Shown in pieces: positions 8,717 to 16,925 of a stretch of 44,281 bases of DNA. The notes under the pieces are model-generated. The model searched no databases. It saw only the letters and a program-made list of their open reading frames with translations, and was not told the origin of the DNA. The position numbers and the translations under genes were made by a program. The DNA is from Candidatus Segetimicrobium genomatis (GTDB lineage Bacteria; Sysuimicrobiota; Sysuimicrobiia; Sysuimicrobiales; Kaftiobacteriaceae): NCBI GenBank assembly GCA_005882295.1, contig VBAI01000007.1:1-44281 (forward strand). The letters are read 5' to 3'. Within the stretch, counting starts at the first letter, position 1. Every line of letters starts with the position of its first letter.

Positions 8717-9885
8717 TGTCTCCCCCCCAGGCGGCCGCCGTGATCGTCGCGGCGGGCCGCGGCGAGCGCCTGGGCGCCACCATCCCCAAGGCGTTTGTGG
8801 CGGTCGCCGGGGTTCCCATGCTCCTGCATGCAGCACGGCGGGTCGCGTTGTCGCCAGAGGTCGGCTGCATCGTCGTGGTCGTCGGTGCCTCCGATGTCGA
8901 CCGGGCGCGCATGCTGCTGATGCAGCACGGCGTGCGCAACGTGACGGCCGTCGTCCCGGGGGGCGCGCACCGGCAGGACTCGGTGTTTGCGGGGCTCCCC
9001 CACCTCGGGGAGGCGCCTGTCGCGGTCGTACATGACGGCGCCAGACCACTGGTGCCACCGGACGTGGTGACGGCCGTGATCCAGGCGGCCGCGGAAACCG
9101 GCGCGGCCTCGGCCGGACTCCCGGTGCGGGAGACGGTCAAGCTGGTCGACGGAGCCGACGCCAGACAGACGCTCGACCGCGACCGGCTGTGGGTCGCGCA
9201 CACCCCGCAGGCATTCCGCACCGCGCTGCTCCGGGAGGCGCACCACCGGGCCAAGGCTGAAGGGTTTTACGGGACCGATGACGCGGTGCTGGTCGAGCGC
9301 CTCGGGTACGCCGTGCGCATGGTCGAAGACTCCCCCAGGAATCTGAAGGTCACGGTGCCCGCCGATCTCGACCTGGCCGAGGCGTACGCCGGACAGCGGC
9401 GGATCATCCGGACCGGGATCGGCTACGACGCACACCGGCTGGCACTGGGACGGCTGCTGCGGGTCGGCGGAGTGGAGATTCCGTGGCCACGCGGCCTGGC
9501 CGGCCATTCCGATGCGGATGTGCTTGCCCACGCTATCATGGATGCCCTGCTGGGGGGCGCGGGCCTGGGCGATCTTGGCCGGCACTTCCCTCCCGGCGAT
9601 CCCGCGTTCAGGGGGGCTGACAGCATCGAGTTGCTCCGCCGCGTCGCGGCCATGGCGGCCGGTGCCGGTTGGCGCGTGGTGCATGTGGACTCGACCGTGC
9701 TCGCCGAGGCTCCCCGCCTGGCTCCCTACATTCCACAGATGCGGGAACGGCTCGCCGCCGCGCTCGGCGTTGACTCCTCTGCCGTCAATGTCAAGGCCAC
9801 CACGACGGAGGGGATGGGAGCGATCGGCCGCGGGGAAGGGATCGCGGCGCACGCGGTGGCGACGCTCATTAATGTCGGACAATGA
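8713..9885 (+). CDS. ispDF: Bifunctional IspD/IspF (MEP pathway)
   Basis: AAGRGERLG..PK, GG..RQDSV, VHDGARP, TDD, NLKVT then GIGYDAHRL, GHSDADVLAHA, VNVKATTTEG in one frame. Confidence 0.95.
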   Translation: MMSPPQAAAVIVAAGRGERLGATIPKAFVAVAGVPMLLHAARRVALSPEVGCIVVVVGASDVDRARMLLMQHGVRNVTAVVPGGAHRQDSVFAGLPHLGEAPVAVVHDGARPLVPPDVVTAVIQAAAETGAASAGLPVRETVKLVDGADARQTLDRDRLWVAHTPQAFRTALLREAHHRAKAEGFYGTDDAVLVERLGYAVRMVEDSPRNLKVTVPADLDLAEAYAGQRRIIRTGIGYDAHRLALGRLLRVGGVEIPWPRGLAGHSDADVLAHAIMDALLGGAGLGDLGRHFPPGDPAFRGADSIELLRRVAAMAAGAGWRVVHVDSTVLAEAPRLAPYIPQMRERLAAALGVDSSAVNVKATTTEGMGAIGRGEGIAAHAVATLINVGQ

Positions 9886-9887
9886 TG

Positions 9888-10002
9888 AGTCTCCCCAGTC
9901 CTCCCAGTCTACCCAGTCTGCAAAGAAGCCCGGCCCGAATGGAAATGCGGGCATTTTAGACCGGGAAGACCGAGAAGACTGTGAAGACTGGGTAGACTAA
10001 GA
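9888..10002. repeat. 9-mer inverted tandem repeat element (AGTCTnCCC)n...(AGACnnnnn)n
   Basis: Left AGTCTCCCC AGTCCTCCC AGTCTACCC AGTCT; right AGACCGGGA AGACCGAGA AGACTGTGA AGACTGGGT AGACTAAGA. Confidence 0.85.
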
Positions 10003-10008
10003 ACGCTG

Positions 10009-10350
10009 ATGGCCAACCCCGACGAAAGCGCGCACATGCGGGAAGAGCTCCCCGAATTGTTATTTGTGGAACGCGCGGCAGTGGTGGATCCTGTGACCAT
10101 TGAGGTGGACCGGCCCGGCGCGATGCATCCGCGGGCCACCGGATTCTGGCGGCACGGGGACTTTTACCGCGTCATCAAGATCGTCGAAACCCGCTATGAA
10201 GTCGGGCAAACATTCTATCGAACCGTGACCGATCGCGGATGCGTGGATCTCAGGCGCTTCCGCCGCATTGATCCGCACACGATGCGAGTCTCCGCCGCCT
10301 GGGAGGTTTGCGCGGACCTCGACGCGGTCGAAATTCCGAGAACACGATAA
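10009..10350 (+). CDS. Hypothetical protein, DUF6504-like small beta-rich domain
   Basis: 113 aa; pattern FWRHG..YRV..I.E.....YRTVT..G..DL....W resembles DUF6504 by eye; fills the gap between two repeat elements. Confidence 0.55.
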   Translation: MANPDESAHMREELPELLFVERAAVVDPVTIEVDRPGAMHPRATGFWRHGDFYRVIKIVETRYEVGQTFYRTVTDRGCVDLRRFRRIDPHTMRVSAAWEVCADLDAVEIPRTR

Positions 10351-10357
10351 CGCCTGC

Positions 10358-10480
10358 GTCTACTTAGTCTACTTAGTCTACTTAGTCTTCCTGGTCTAAG
10401 AGCCGACCCGGGTATGGATGACGAGACCAAGAAGACCAAGTAGACCAAGAAGACTAGGTAGACTGCTTTTCTGGTAGACT
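10358..10480. repeat. 9-mer inverted tandem repeat element (GTCTACTTA)n...(AGACCAAGW)n
   Basis: GTCTACTTA x3, GTCTTCCTG, GTCT; 26-nt spacer; AGACCAAGA AGACCAAGT AGACCAAGA AGACTAGGT AGACT; extra GGTAGACT at 10473. Confidence 0.9.
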
Positions 10481-10498
10481 CGGGGTTGAGGTTTCGGG

Positions 10499-12061
10499 AT
10501 GGGTCTGCGCCTTCATAACACTCTCACCAAGCGCGTGGAGGAACTTGTCACGCGCGAGGCCGGTAAGGCGGCCATCTATGTCTGCGGCCCAACCGTGTAC
10601 GACGTCACCCACCTGGGCCACATGCGGGCGGCCGTCGTGTTCGATGTCCTCCGGCGCTATCTGGAGTTCCGCGGATACCAGGTGATGCACGTGCAGAACG
10701 TCACCGACGTGGAAGACAAGATCATCGCCCGCGCCCAGGCTGAAGGCGTGCCCACCGACGCCATCACTGTCCGCTATCTGGAAGACTATCGCCAGGCCAG
10801 CCGGGCGTTGAACGTGATGCCGCCGCATGTCGAGCCCCACGCCAGCCAGCACATCCCCGAGATGATCGAGATGATCAAGAAACTGGTCGAGGGGGGATAC
10901 GCGTACGACGCCGAGGGTGACGTCTACTTCGATGTATCCAGGCTACCCCAGTATGGAAAGCTCTCGGGCCAGTTACCAGGGGAGCTGCGGGCCGGCGCGC
11001 GGGTCGAGCCCGGGGAGCATAAGCGGCATCCGGCGGATTTTGCCGTGTGGAAACACGCCAAACCCGGAGAGCCCAACTGGGACAGCCCGTGGGGAAGGGG
11101 ACGGCCGGGCTGGCACATCGAGTGCTCGGCGATGTCCCTGAAGTATCTGGGGATGGGATTTGACATCCATGGCGGCGGAGATGATCTCATCTTCCCCCAT
11201 CATGAGAATGAGATTGCCCAGTCCGAAGCCTATGCCGCAACCCAGCCCTTCGCCCGCTACTGGGTGCACAACGCCATGGTCATGGTGCGCGGCGAGAAAA
11301 TGTCCAAGTCGCTTCATAACTACATTGCGGTGGCCGACGCGCTCGGCCGCTTCCCTGCCGACGTTATCCGCTATGCGCTCGCTGCTGTGCACTATCGCAA
11401 GCCGATGGAGGTCGATGAGGCCCGGCTGCAGGACGCGGCCAAGGCCGTCGACCGGCTGCGGATCGCCCTGGCGTCGGCGGAGACCATCCTGGCGCGCGCC
11501 GGCAGCCGGAGCACGGACGGCCCGGCGTCGCGGCTCCTGCGGAAGGCGGCGGAATCTGCGCGTACCGCTTTCACCGCGGCCATGGACGACGACCTCAACA
11601 CGTCTAGTGGGCTGGCGGCGGTCTTTGAGCTGGCGGCCGAGATGAACCGCGTGACCGACCAGGTGCTCAAAGGCGGGACGGATGCGACCGAGACGACGCC
11701 CGGACTGCGGGAGGCGCGCGAGGCGCTGCGGACGATCACCGCTATTCTGGGGCTGCGCCTGGACAGTGCGGCCGATGAGGATCTGGCCAGGCGAGTGCGT
11801 GATCTGGCGGTCTCGCTCCGGCAAGAGGCCGCACAGCTGTTCTCCGAGCAGCCCGGTCAGACGCTCGACGAAATCGTGGCCTTTATCCTGGCCGGACGCG
11901 AGCAGGCCCGGGCGAAGCGGGACTTTGCCACAGCCGACCGTATCCGAACACGAATGGCTGAAGCCGGCATTCTCGTGGACGACCTCCCCACCGGGCCAAA
12001 GTGGCGGATCGCCACCGACGGTCGCCGGCCCACCGCAGATGCCTCCGGGCCCCGAGCCTAG
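10499..12061 (+). CDS. cysS: Cysteine--tRNA ligase
   Basis: YVCGPTVY, HLGH, PWGRGRPGWHIECSAM, DLIFPHHENE, KMSKS, MDDDLNT, ADRIR. Confidence 0.97.
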   Translation: MGLRLHNTLTKRVEELVTREAGKAAIYVCGPTVYDVTHLGHMRAAVVFDVLRRYLEFRGYQVMHVQNVTDVEDKIIARAQAEGVPTDAITVRYLEDYRQASRALNVMPPHVEPHASQHIPEMIEMIKKLVEGGYAYDAEGDVYFDVSRLPQYGKLSGQLPGELRAGARVEPGEHKRHPADFAVWKHAKPGEPNWDSPWGRGRPGWHIECSAMSLKYLGMGFDIHGGGDDLIFPHHENEIAQSEAYAATQPFARYWVHNAMVMVRGEKMSKSLHNYIAVADALGRFPADVIRYALAAVHYRKPMEVDEARLQDAAKAVDRLRIALASAETILARAGSRSTDGPASRLLRKAAESARTAFTAAMDDDLNTSSGLAAVFELAAEMNRVTDQVLKGGTDATETTPGLREAREALRTITAILGLRLDSAADEDLARRVRDLAVSLRQEAAQLFSEQPGQTLDEIVAFILAGREQARAKRDFATADRIRTRMAEAGILVDDLPTGPKWRIATDGRRPTADASGPRA

Positions 12062-12815
12062 CGACGCCGCCGTTGAAGGCGACGCGATTGGGGGCCGGCG
12101 CGCGGTGCTGGAAGCGCTGCGGGCGAGGCGTCCGTTGCGCAAGATTCTGATCGGTCGCACCACGCGCGGTGGCACGATCCGCGAGATCCTGCAGGAAGCC
12201 AGACGGCAGGACGTCGCCGTGCAGTTCGTGGATCAGCGCCGTCTGGACGCCCTGCTGCGCACCCCCCATCAAGGCGTCGTGGCGCTGGGGTCTGCCAGGC
12301 CCCTGGTCGGCGTGGAGGATGTGCTGGCTGCGGCCCACTCTCGCCACGAGCCGCCACTCGTGCTGGTGCTGGATGGGGTCGAAGATCCCGCCAACCTCGG
12401 CGCGATCATTCGAACGGCAGAGGGAGCCGGAGTGCATGGTGTGATCATCCCGAAGCACCGTGCCGCCGGCCTCACCCCGGCGGTCGCGAAGACCTCTGCA
12501 GGTGCCCTGGAGTACCTTCCTGTCGCCCAGGTGACGAACCTCGTGCGCGCGTTGGACGAACTCAAAGCGGCGGGCCTGTGGGTGGCCGGCGCTGATCCCG
12601 CGGCGGTGGATGTATACCACCACGTCCGCCTGCTACCGCCGCTGGCGCTGGTGATGGGCGGCGAGGGGAAAGGCCTCAGCCGGCTCGTGCGGGAGCACTG
12701 CGACATCCTGGTGCAACTGCCGATGCGCGGCCGGATCGCATCGCTCAATGTCGCGGTGGCGACCGGAGTCTTGCTGTACGAGGTGGTGCGGCAGATGGCG
12801 GCGGCGAACCCGTAA
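12039..12815 (+). CDS. rlmB: 23S rRNA Gm2251 methyltransferase RlmB (SpoU family)
   Basis: HQGVVA, LDGVEDPANLGAIIRTA, KTSAGA, MGGEGKG, SLNVAVA; position after cysS; start inferred. Confidence 0.93.
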   Translation: MPPGPEPSDAAVEGDAIGGRRAVLEALRARRPLRKILIGRTTRGGTIREILQEARRQDVAVQFVDQRRLDALLRTPHQGVVALGSARPLVGVEDVLAAAHSRHEPPLVLVLDGVEDPANLGAIIRTAEGAGVHGVIIPKHRAAGLTPAVAKTSAGALEYLPVAQVTNLVRALDELKAAGLWVAGADPAAVDVYHHVRLLPPLALVMGGEGKGLSRLVREHCDILVQLPMRGRIASLNVAVATGVLLYEVVRQMAAANP

Positions 12816-12836
12816 CAATATTTTCGCACCTTTTCC

Positions 12837-12865
12837 TTGACGCACTGTAGGCCCGCTCATATAAT
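12837..12865 (+). promoter_or_regulatory. Sigma70-type promoter of sigH
   Basis: TTGACG-N17-TATAAT. Confidence 0.85.
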
Positions 12866-12896
12866 GACATCGAATCTCATACCGCGGAGGCGACGA

Positions 12897-13535
12897 GTGG
12901 CACTCGCCAGACGTGACGCACCGACCTACCCAGAGATGGCCGATGAAGAACTCGTCGCCACCGCGAAATCCGGCGACGACCACGCAAGCGAATACCTCAT
13001 CAATAAGTACCGCAATTTTGTCCGCGTCAAGGCGAAGGCGTATTTCCTGATTGGCGCAGATCGCGAGGACATCATCCAGGAGGGTATGATCGGTCTGTAC
13101 AAGGCCATCCGTGATTTCCGCGCCGACAAGCTCTCCTCGTTCCGGGCGTTCGCCGAGCTGTGCATCACCCGCCAGATCATTACCGCGATCAAGACCGCGA
13201 CGCGGCAGAAGCACATCCCGTTGAATTCCTACATCTCGCTAAACAAGCCGATCTACGACGAGGACTCCGATCGCACCCTGCTGGATGTGATCAGCAGTAT
13301 TAAGGTGAGCGACCCGGAGGAACTGGTGATCAACCAGGAAGCCTCGGCGACGATGCGGGAGCGGATCCGCAAGAACCTCAGCGAGCTGGAGTGCAAGGTC
13401 CTCACCGCCTATCTGGAAGGGAAATCGTACCAGGAGATGGCCAACGAACTGAACCGCCACGTCAAGTCGATCGATAACGCACTGCAGCGCGTGAAGCGGA
13501 AGCTGGAGCGCAATCTAGAAGGGGAAGACGAGTAG
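12897..13535 (+). CDS. sigH: RNA polymerase sigma factor SigH (Spo0H type)
   Basis: YFLIGADREDIIQEGMIGLYKAIRDF, FAELCITRQIITAIKTATRQKHIPLNSYISL, KSIDNALQRVKRKLE; GGAGG before GTG 12897. Confidence 0.96.
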   Translation: MALARRDAPTYPEMADEELVATAKSGDDHASEYLINKYRNFVRVKAKAYFLIGADREDIIQEGMIGLYKAIRDFRADKLSSFRAFAELCITRQIITAIKTATRQKHIPLNSYISLNKPIYDEDSDRTLLDVISSIKVSDPEELVINQEASATMRERIRKNLSELECKVLTAYLEGKSYQEMANELNRHVKSIDNALQRVKRKLERNLEGEDE

Positions 13536-13568
13536 CACACTCGCCGATTGCCGGCGTTGATACGGTAT

Positions 13569-13599
13569 GGGGGATGAGGAACGGTCTCATCCCCCTTTT
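13569..13599 (+). terminator. Intrinsic terminator after sigH
   Basis: 10-bp perfect stem GGGGGATGAG/CTCATCCCCC + TTTT. Confidence 0.8.
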
Positions 13600-13614
13600 G
13601 CTTGGAGGCGCCCG

Positions 13615-13755
13615 GTGCTGCGGATCCTGTGCCCCGCCTGTCATTTCGCCTTCCTCCAGCTCACGCCGCCGGAGGAGGGGGAGGTCATCTGCCCGCGGTG
13701 CGGGACACGCTTCAAGCCTGTGGAAGAGGAAATCGTCGACCCGGAAGATGACTGA
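13615..13755 (+). CDS. Small zinc-ribbon protein with acidic tail (46 aa)
   Basis: GGAGG before GTG 13615; CPAC...CPRCG; ends EEEIVDPEDD; overlaps next start (ATGACTGA). Confidence 0.65.
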   Translation: MLRILCPACHFAFLQLTPPEEGEVICPRCGTRFKPVEEEIVDPEDD

Positions 13756-14446
13756 CGACACGGAAACGCGGAGCGGTCCGGTTCCATCGGGACGCGAGGT
13801 CATCGAGCGCGTCATCACAGCTACGGGGGAGTGGCAACTGCAGCGCACCGGATCCCACTACGAAATCATCTGCAACGGCGTCTTTCTGATGGCGTCATAC
13901 AACCGGGATTCCGACCGGGCCCTGGCGGCCCTGGCCCTGCGGGGCATCCCCGGGCAGGGGCTCCGTGTGCTGGTTGGAGGGTTGGGGGTCGGGTACACGG
14001 CCCAGGCCGCCCTGGAAGACCCCAGGGTGGAGCGGCTGGACGTCGCGGAGATCGAACCGGTCGTCGTGGCCTGGCACCGCGCCCACTTCGCCGGTCTTTG
14101 CGGGCAGCCGCTGGAGGACCCCCGCACGATGCTTTTCCTCTCAGATGTCTATGACGTCCCGCTGCGATCGGGATCATATGACGCGGTCCTGCTGGACACC
14201 GACAACGGTCCGGGGTGGCTGGTCCGCGAGGCGAACGCCCGCCTGTACGGCCCGCAGGGGCTGACGGGCTTTCTACAGGCCCTCCGGCCCGGCGGGGTGC
14301 TGGGCTGCTGGTCGGCGGAACCTGCCCCGCGACTGGCGGAAACCCTGGCGAGGGCCGGCGCGTCCGTGGATGTGATAGAAGTCGAGGACCGGATCGCTCC
14401 GGATCGCCGGGGCACGGCCTGGTTATACCTGGCACAACGGCACTAA
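13748..14446 (+). CDS. Spermidine-synthase-like SAM-dependent transferase
   Basis: EIICNGVFLMAS, VLVGGLGVGYT, VAEIEP, LLDTDNGP, LRPGGVL..WSA. Confidence 0.8.
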   Translation: MTDDTETRSGPVPSGREVIERVITATGEWQLQRTGSHYEIICNGVFLMASYNRDSDRALAALALRGIPGQGLRVLVGGLGVGYTAQAALEDPRVERLDVAEIEPVVVAWHRAHFAGLCGQPLEDPRTMLFLSDVYDVPLRSGSYDAVLLDTDNGPGWLVREANARLYGPQGLTGFLQALRPGGVLGCWSAEPAPRLAETLARAGASVDVIEVEDRIAPDRRGTAWLYLAQRH

Positions 14447-14540
14447 ACGGGAACGCGGGATCGCGGGAACGGGGGAACGCGATCCTCGCCCAGGCATGGC
14501 CGTTTCGCGTTCCCGTGTTCCCCAGTTCCCGCGTTCCCCG
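14447..14540. repeat. 8-mer inverted tandem repeat element (GCGGGAAC)n...(GTTCCCGC)n
   Basis: ACGGGAAC GCGGGATC GCGGGAAC GGGGGAAC GCGA ... TCGC GTTCCCGT GTTCCCCA GTTCCCGC GTTCCCCG; fills the gap between convergent genes. Confidence 0.9.
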
Positions 14541-14544
14541 TCGT

Positions 14545-15522
14545 TTAGCCGCCGATCTGAATCATGACCCGGGCTTGAGGAAACATCTTCTCTGCCAGGG
14601 CGTGCCCGAACGGGCGCCGGTACGCCGCCGCCCGGAAGATCTCTTTGATTTCGTCGTAGGAAGCGCCCCGGCGGAGCGGCGCCAGCAGGTCTGCTTCGTC
14701 ATCCCGCAGGAGGCACAGCCGCAGCCGGCCGTCGGCGGTCAGACGGAGCCGGCCGCACCTCGCGCAGAATGGCTGGCTCACCGGACTGATCAGGCCCACC
14801 GTGCCTGCCGCGTCCCGGAGTCTGAAGGTGCGGGCGGGATCGCCCCCGGACAGGTCGAGTGGTTCCAGCGGCCCGAGGCCGCTTTCGATCCTGGCCTGAA
14901 TCTCCTCGGATTTCACCACGCCCGCTTCGGCAAAGTCGCCCACACTGCCGAACGGCATCATCTCGATGAACCGCACCTCCCACGGCCGCTCGAGGGTGAG
15001 TGCCGCCAGAGGGACGACATCGTCGTCGTTGAAGCCACGGACGACGACGCTGTTGAGTTTGATTGGACGCAGGCCCGCATGCTCGGCAGCAGCGATTCCG
15101 GAGAGCACCTTCTCCACTCGGCCGCCGCGGGTGATGCGGGAGAACTTCTGGGGGTCCATTGTGTCCAGACTGATGTTCACCCGCTGCAGGCCGGCATCGG
15201 CGAGGGGTCCGGCCAGGTACTCCAGCAGCAGGCCGTTGGTCGTCATTGCCACATCCTCGATCCCCGGGATCGCCGCAATCTGGCGCACCAGGTCCACCAC
15301 ACCGGGGCGCACGGTCGGCTCCCCTCCGGTCAGGCGGACGCGGCTCACACCCAGTTCGGCCGCCACCCGCACCAGCAGCAGCAACTCCTCGTCGGCGAGC
15401 AACTCCTCCGCCGGACGGAAGTCGATCCCCTCCGCCGGCATGCAGTACACACACCGCAGGTTACAGCGGTCGGTGAGGGAGATGCGGAGATCGCTCAGTT
15501 CGCGGCCGTACTGGTCCTTCAT
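14545..15522 (-). CDS. moaA: GTP 3',8-cyclase MoaA
   Basis: LRISLTDRCNLRCVYC, LTGGEP, FIEMMP, CARCGRLRLTADG.LRLCL, C-terminal IGG; GAGGG RBS. Confidence 0.96.
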   Translation of the reverse strand: MKDQYGRELSDLRISLTDRCNLRCVYCMPAEGIDFRPAEELLADEELLLLVRVAAELGVSRVRLTGGEPTVRPGVVDLVRQIAAIPGIEDVAMTTNGLLLEYLAGPLADAGLQRVNISLDTMDPQKFSRITRGGRVEKVLSGIAAAEHAGLRPIKLNSVVVRGFNDDDVVPLAALTLERPWEVRFIEMMPFGSVGDFAEAGVVKSEEIQARIESGLGPLEPLDLSGGDPARTFRLRDAAGTVGLISPVSQPFCARCGRLRLTADGRLRLCLLRDDEADLLAPLRRGASYDEIKEIFRAAAYRRPFGHALAEKMFPQARVMIQIGG

Positions 15523-15543
15523 GGTCCCTCGTGCGACGACACG

Positions 15544-15552
15544 ATTATAGCA
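15544..15552 (-). promoter_or_regulatory. Extended -10 promoter for moaA
   Basis: Minus strand TGCTATAAT about 21 nt upstream of ATG. Confidence 0.6.
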
Positions 15553-15619
15553 CCCGGCTGTGGGGGCGGCTGGCCCGGACATGGGCATGAGATAAGCAGC
15601 TCTTAACTGTGCGAAGGGG

Positions 15620-15715
15620 TTGCGTCAGCGGTCCAGATCAGTACAATAGACCCAAGGTGGCGTCGGCAGGCGCCCCACGGTCTCGCGAACCTCAGTTCGG
15701 GACCGACGCGAGACC
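15620..15715 (+). promoter_or_regulatory. Promoter plus structured leader of the 15741 gene
   Basis: TTGCGT-N16-TACAAT; GGCGTC-GGCA-GGCGCC GNRA hairpin; 9-bp stem GGTCTCGCG/CGCGAGACC. Confidence 0.45.
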
Positions 15716-15740
15716 AGATGACATAAAGGCGGTGAACGGA

Positions 15741-15986
15741 TTGGGAAGGACAGCGACGGCACGCGCAACGGCCCGGGCCACCCGCACGCCGGTCCGCAGA
15801 GCTCGCGCCCGCACCGCTGCGGAGCGGTGCCAACATGGCCTCCTGCGGGGGACCTGTGCCATCTGTCTCGAGATGGAGGAGACTATCGACGACCTCCACG
15901 CCGGTCGGCTTGCTCCTGAGGAGCGTCCCGGCCGGCCGCGGGGCGGCGACGAGGATGCGGAGGAGAAATCGGAAGAGGAGGAGTAG
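15741..15986 (+). CDS. Small hypothetical protein: basic Ala/Arg/Thr N-terminus, CxHG-x5-CxxC core, acidic tail
   Basis: CQHGLLRGTCAIC; AAGGCGGTG before TTG 15741 (alternative GTG 15732). Confidence 0.55.
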   Translation: MGRTATARATARATRTPVRRARARTAAERCQHGLLRGTCAICLEMEETIDDLHAGRLAPEERPGRPRGGDEDAEEKSEEEE

Positions 15987-15997
15987 CGGCGCCGCCC

Positions 15998-16336
15998 ATG
16001 GGGAGGTTGTGGCAGGGCGTACGGGGAGTCTTGCGGTCACTCGGCCGCGAGGTGCAGTGGTTCTTGAATCTCGAGGTCGGCATTGACCGAAAGGACGATC
16101 CCCTGGCCGCGTTGTATCACCAGCCCCTGCCACCTCGGCTTCATGTCAACTGGTGGGCGTTGCTTCTGGGCCCATGCTGGTACCTGGCCAAGGGCCTGTG
16201 GGTGTACGCTTCGATCCTCTTCACGATCGTGCTCCTCAGCGGAGGGATTCTGATTCCCTTCGTATGGCTGTATGCGGGCCTAAAGGCAGAGGAGGATCTC
16301 CTGGACGCCCGCATCGCACGGAGAAGCTACTACTAA
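15998..16336 (+). CDS. DUF2628-like small membrane protein
   Basis: NWWALLLGPCWYLAKGLW followed by hydrophobic helices. Confidence 0.65.
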   Translation: MGRLWQGVRGVLRSLGREVQWFLNLEVGIDRKDDPLAALYHQPLPPRLHVNWWALLLGPCWYLAKGLWVYASILFTIVLLSGGILIPFVWLYAGLKAEEDLLDARIARRSYY

Positions 16337-16358
16337 GGTTCTGAGGGTTGATCGCCAC

Positions 16359-16390
16359 GCCCCGCAGAGTTGTGCGGGGCTTCTCTTTTT
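16359..16390 (+). terminator. Intrinsic terminator
   Basis: GCCCCGCA/TGCGGGGC + TTCTCTTTTT. Confidence 0.8.
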
Positions 16391-16502
16391 GCGGGCATGG
16401 CGGACCGCTCCGAAATAGCTGGTTCCCGCCATTCGCCCTGGCATGAAACGTGCTTCTGGATGCGTCTGGGTGTGCTCGACTACCCTGCACCCAGAGGGCA
16501 CG

Positions 16503-16886
16503 ATGAACGCCAGGCTGAAGTTTGATACCGTAAGTTGTGAACCGCATGCGCTGGTCACCCGCGCGCAGGTGCAACTGAGCTCCGGGAGTACCCATCGCAC
16601 CGGCGTGGCGACCGGCCTGACCGCGACGGTCACGCCTCTGCAGATCGTGGCGGAGGCGACGATCGATGCGGTGCAGGGATTTATCCAGCGGGTAGATATC
16701 ATCCTCGACTCCGTGGCGGAAGTGAGTGCGGGGCAGCGTCCGCTGATCGTCGTGACGATGGGTCTGCGCGACACCCGCGGCAAGGTCATGCTCGCCGGCA
16801 CCGCCGTGTTGAATGGAGATCCCTACGCCTCCGTCGCCAAAGCCGTGCTGCACGGACTGAATCGCCGGATCGCATCCCTTCAGTAG
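16503..16886 (+). CDS. Hypothetical protein, possibly LeuA regulatory-domain-like fold
   Basis: 127 aa; two beta-beta-beta-alpha units ending VAEATIDAV and AKAVLHGLNRR; AGAGGG RBS. Confidence 0.55.
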   Translation: MNARLKFDTVSCEPHALVTRAQVQLSSGSTHRTGVATGLTATVTPLQIVAEATIDAVQGFIQRVDIILDSVAEVSAGQRPLIVVTMGLRDTRGKVMLAGTAVLNGDPYASVAKAVLHGLNRRIASLQ

Positions 16887-16925
16887 GTCCTCAGGTTCCC
16901 CGCCGTAGTATAATCGGCCAAGCGG

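Noticed and set aside
9888-10480. Repeats as a CRISPR array
   Set aside because: Units are 9 bp in tandem without unique 30-40 bp spacers between them; no cas genes in the window
10351-10498. T-box leader for cysS
   Set aside because: Gap is only ~150 nt, filled by the repeat element, with no T-box consensus or specifier stem
13567-13614. Longer N-termini for the zinc-ribbon (13567) and transferase (13574) ORFs
   Set aside because: Those ATGs lie in or at the sigH terminator stem; GGAGG supports GTG 13615 and the overlap supports ATG 13748
15523-15600. Moco riboswitch upstream of moaA
   Set aside because: Extended -10 lies about 21 nt from the start codon, leaving no room for an aptamer
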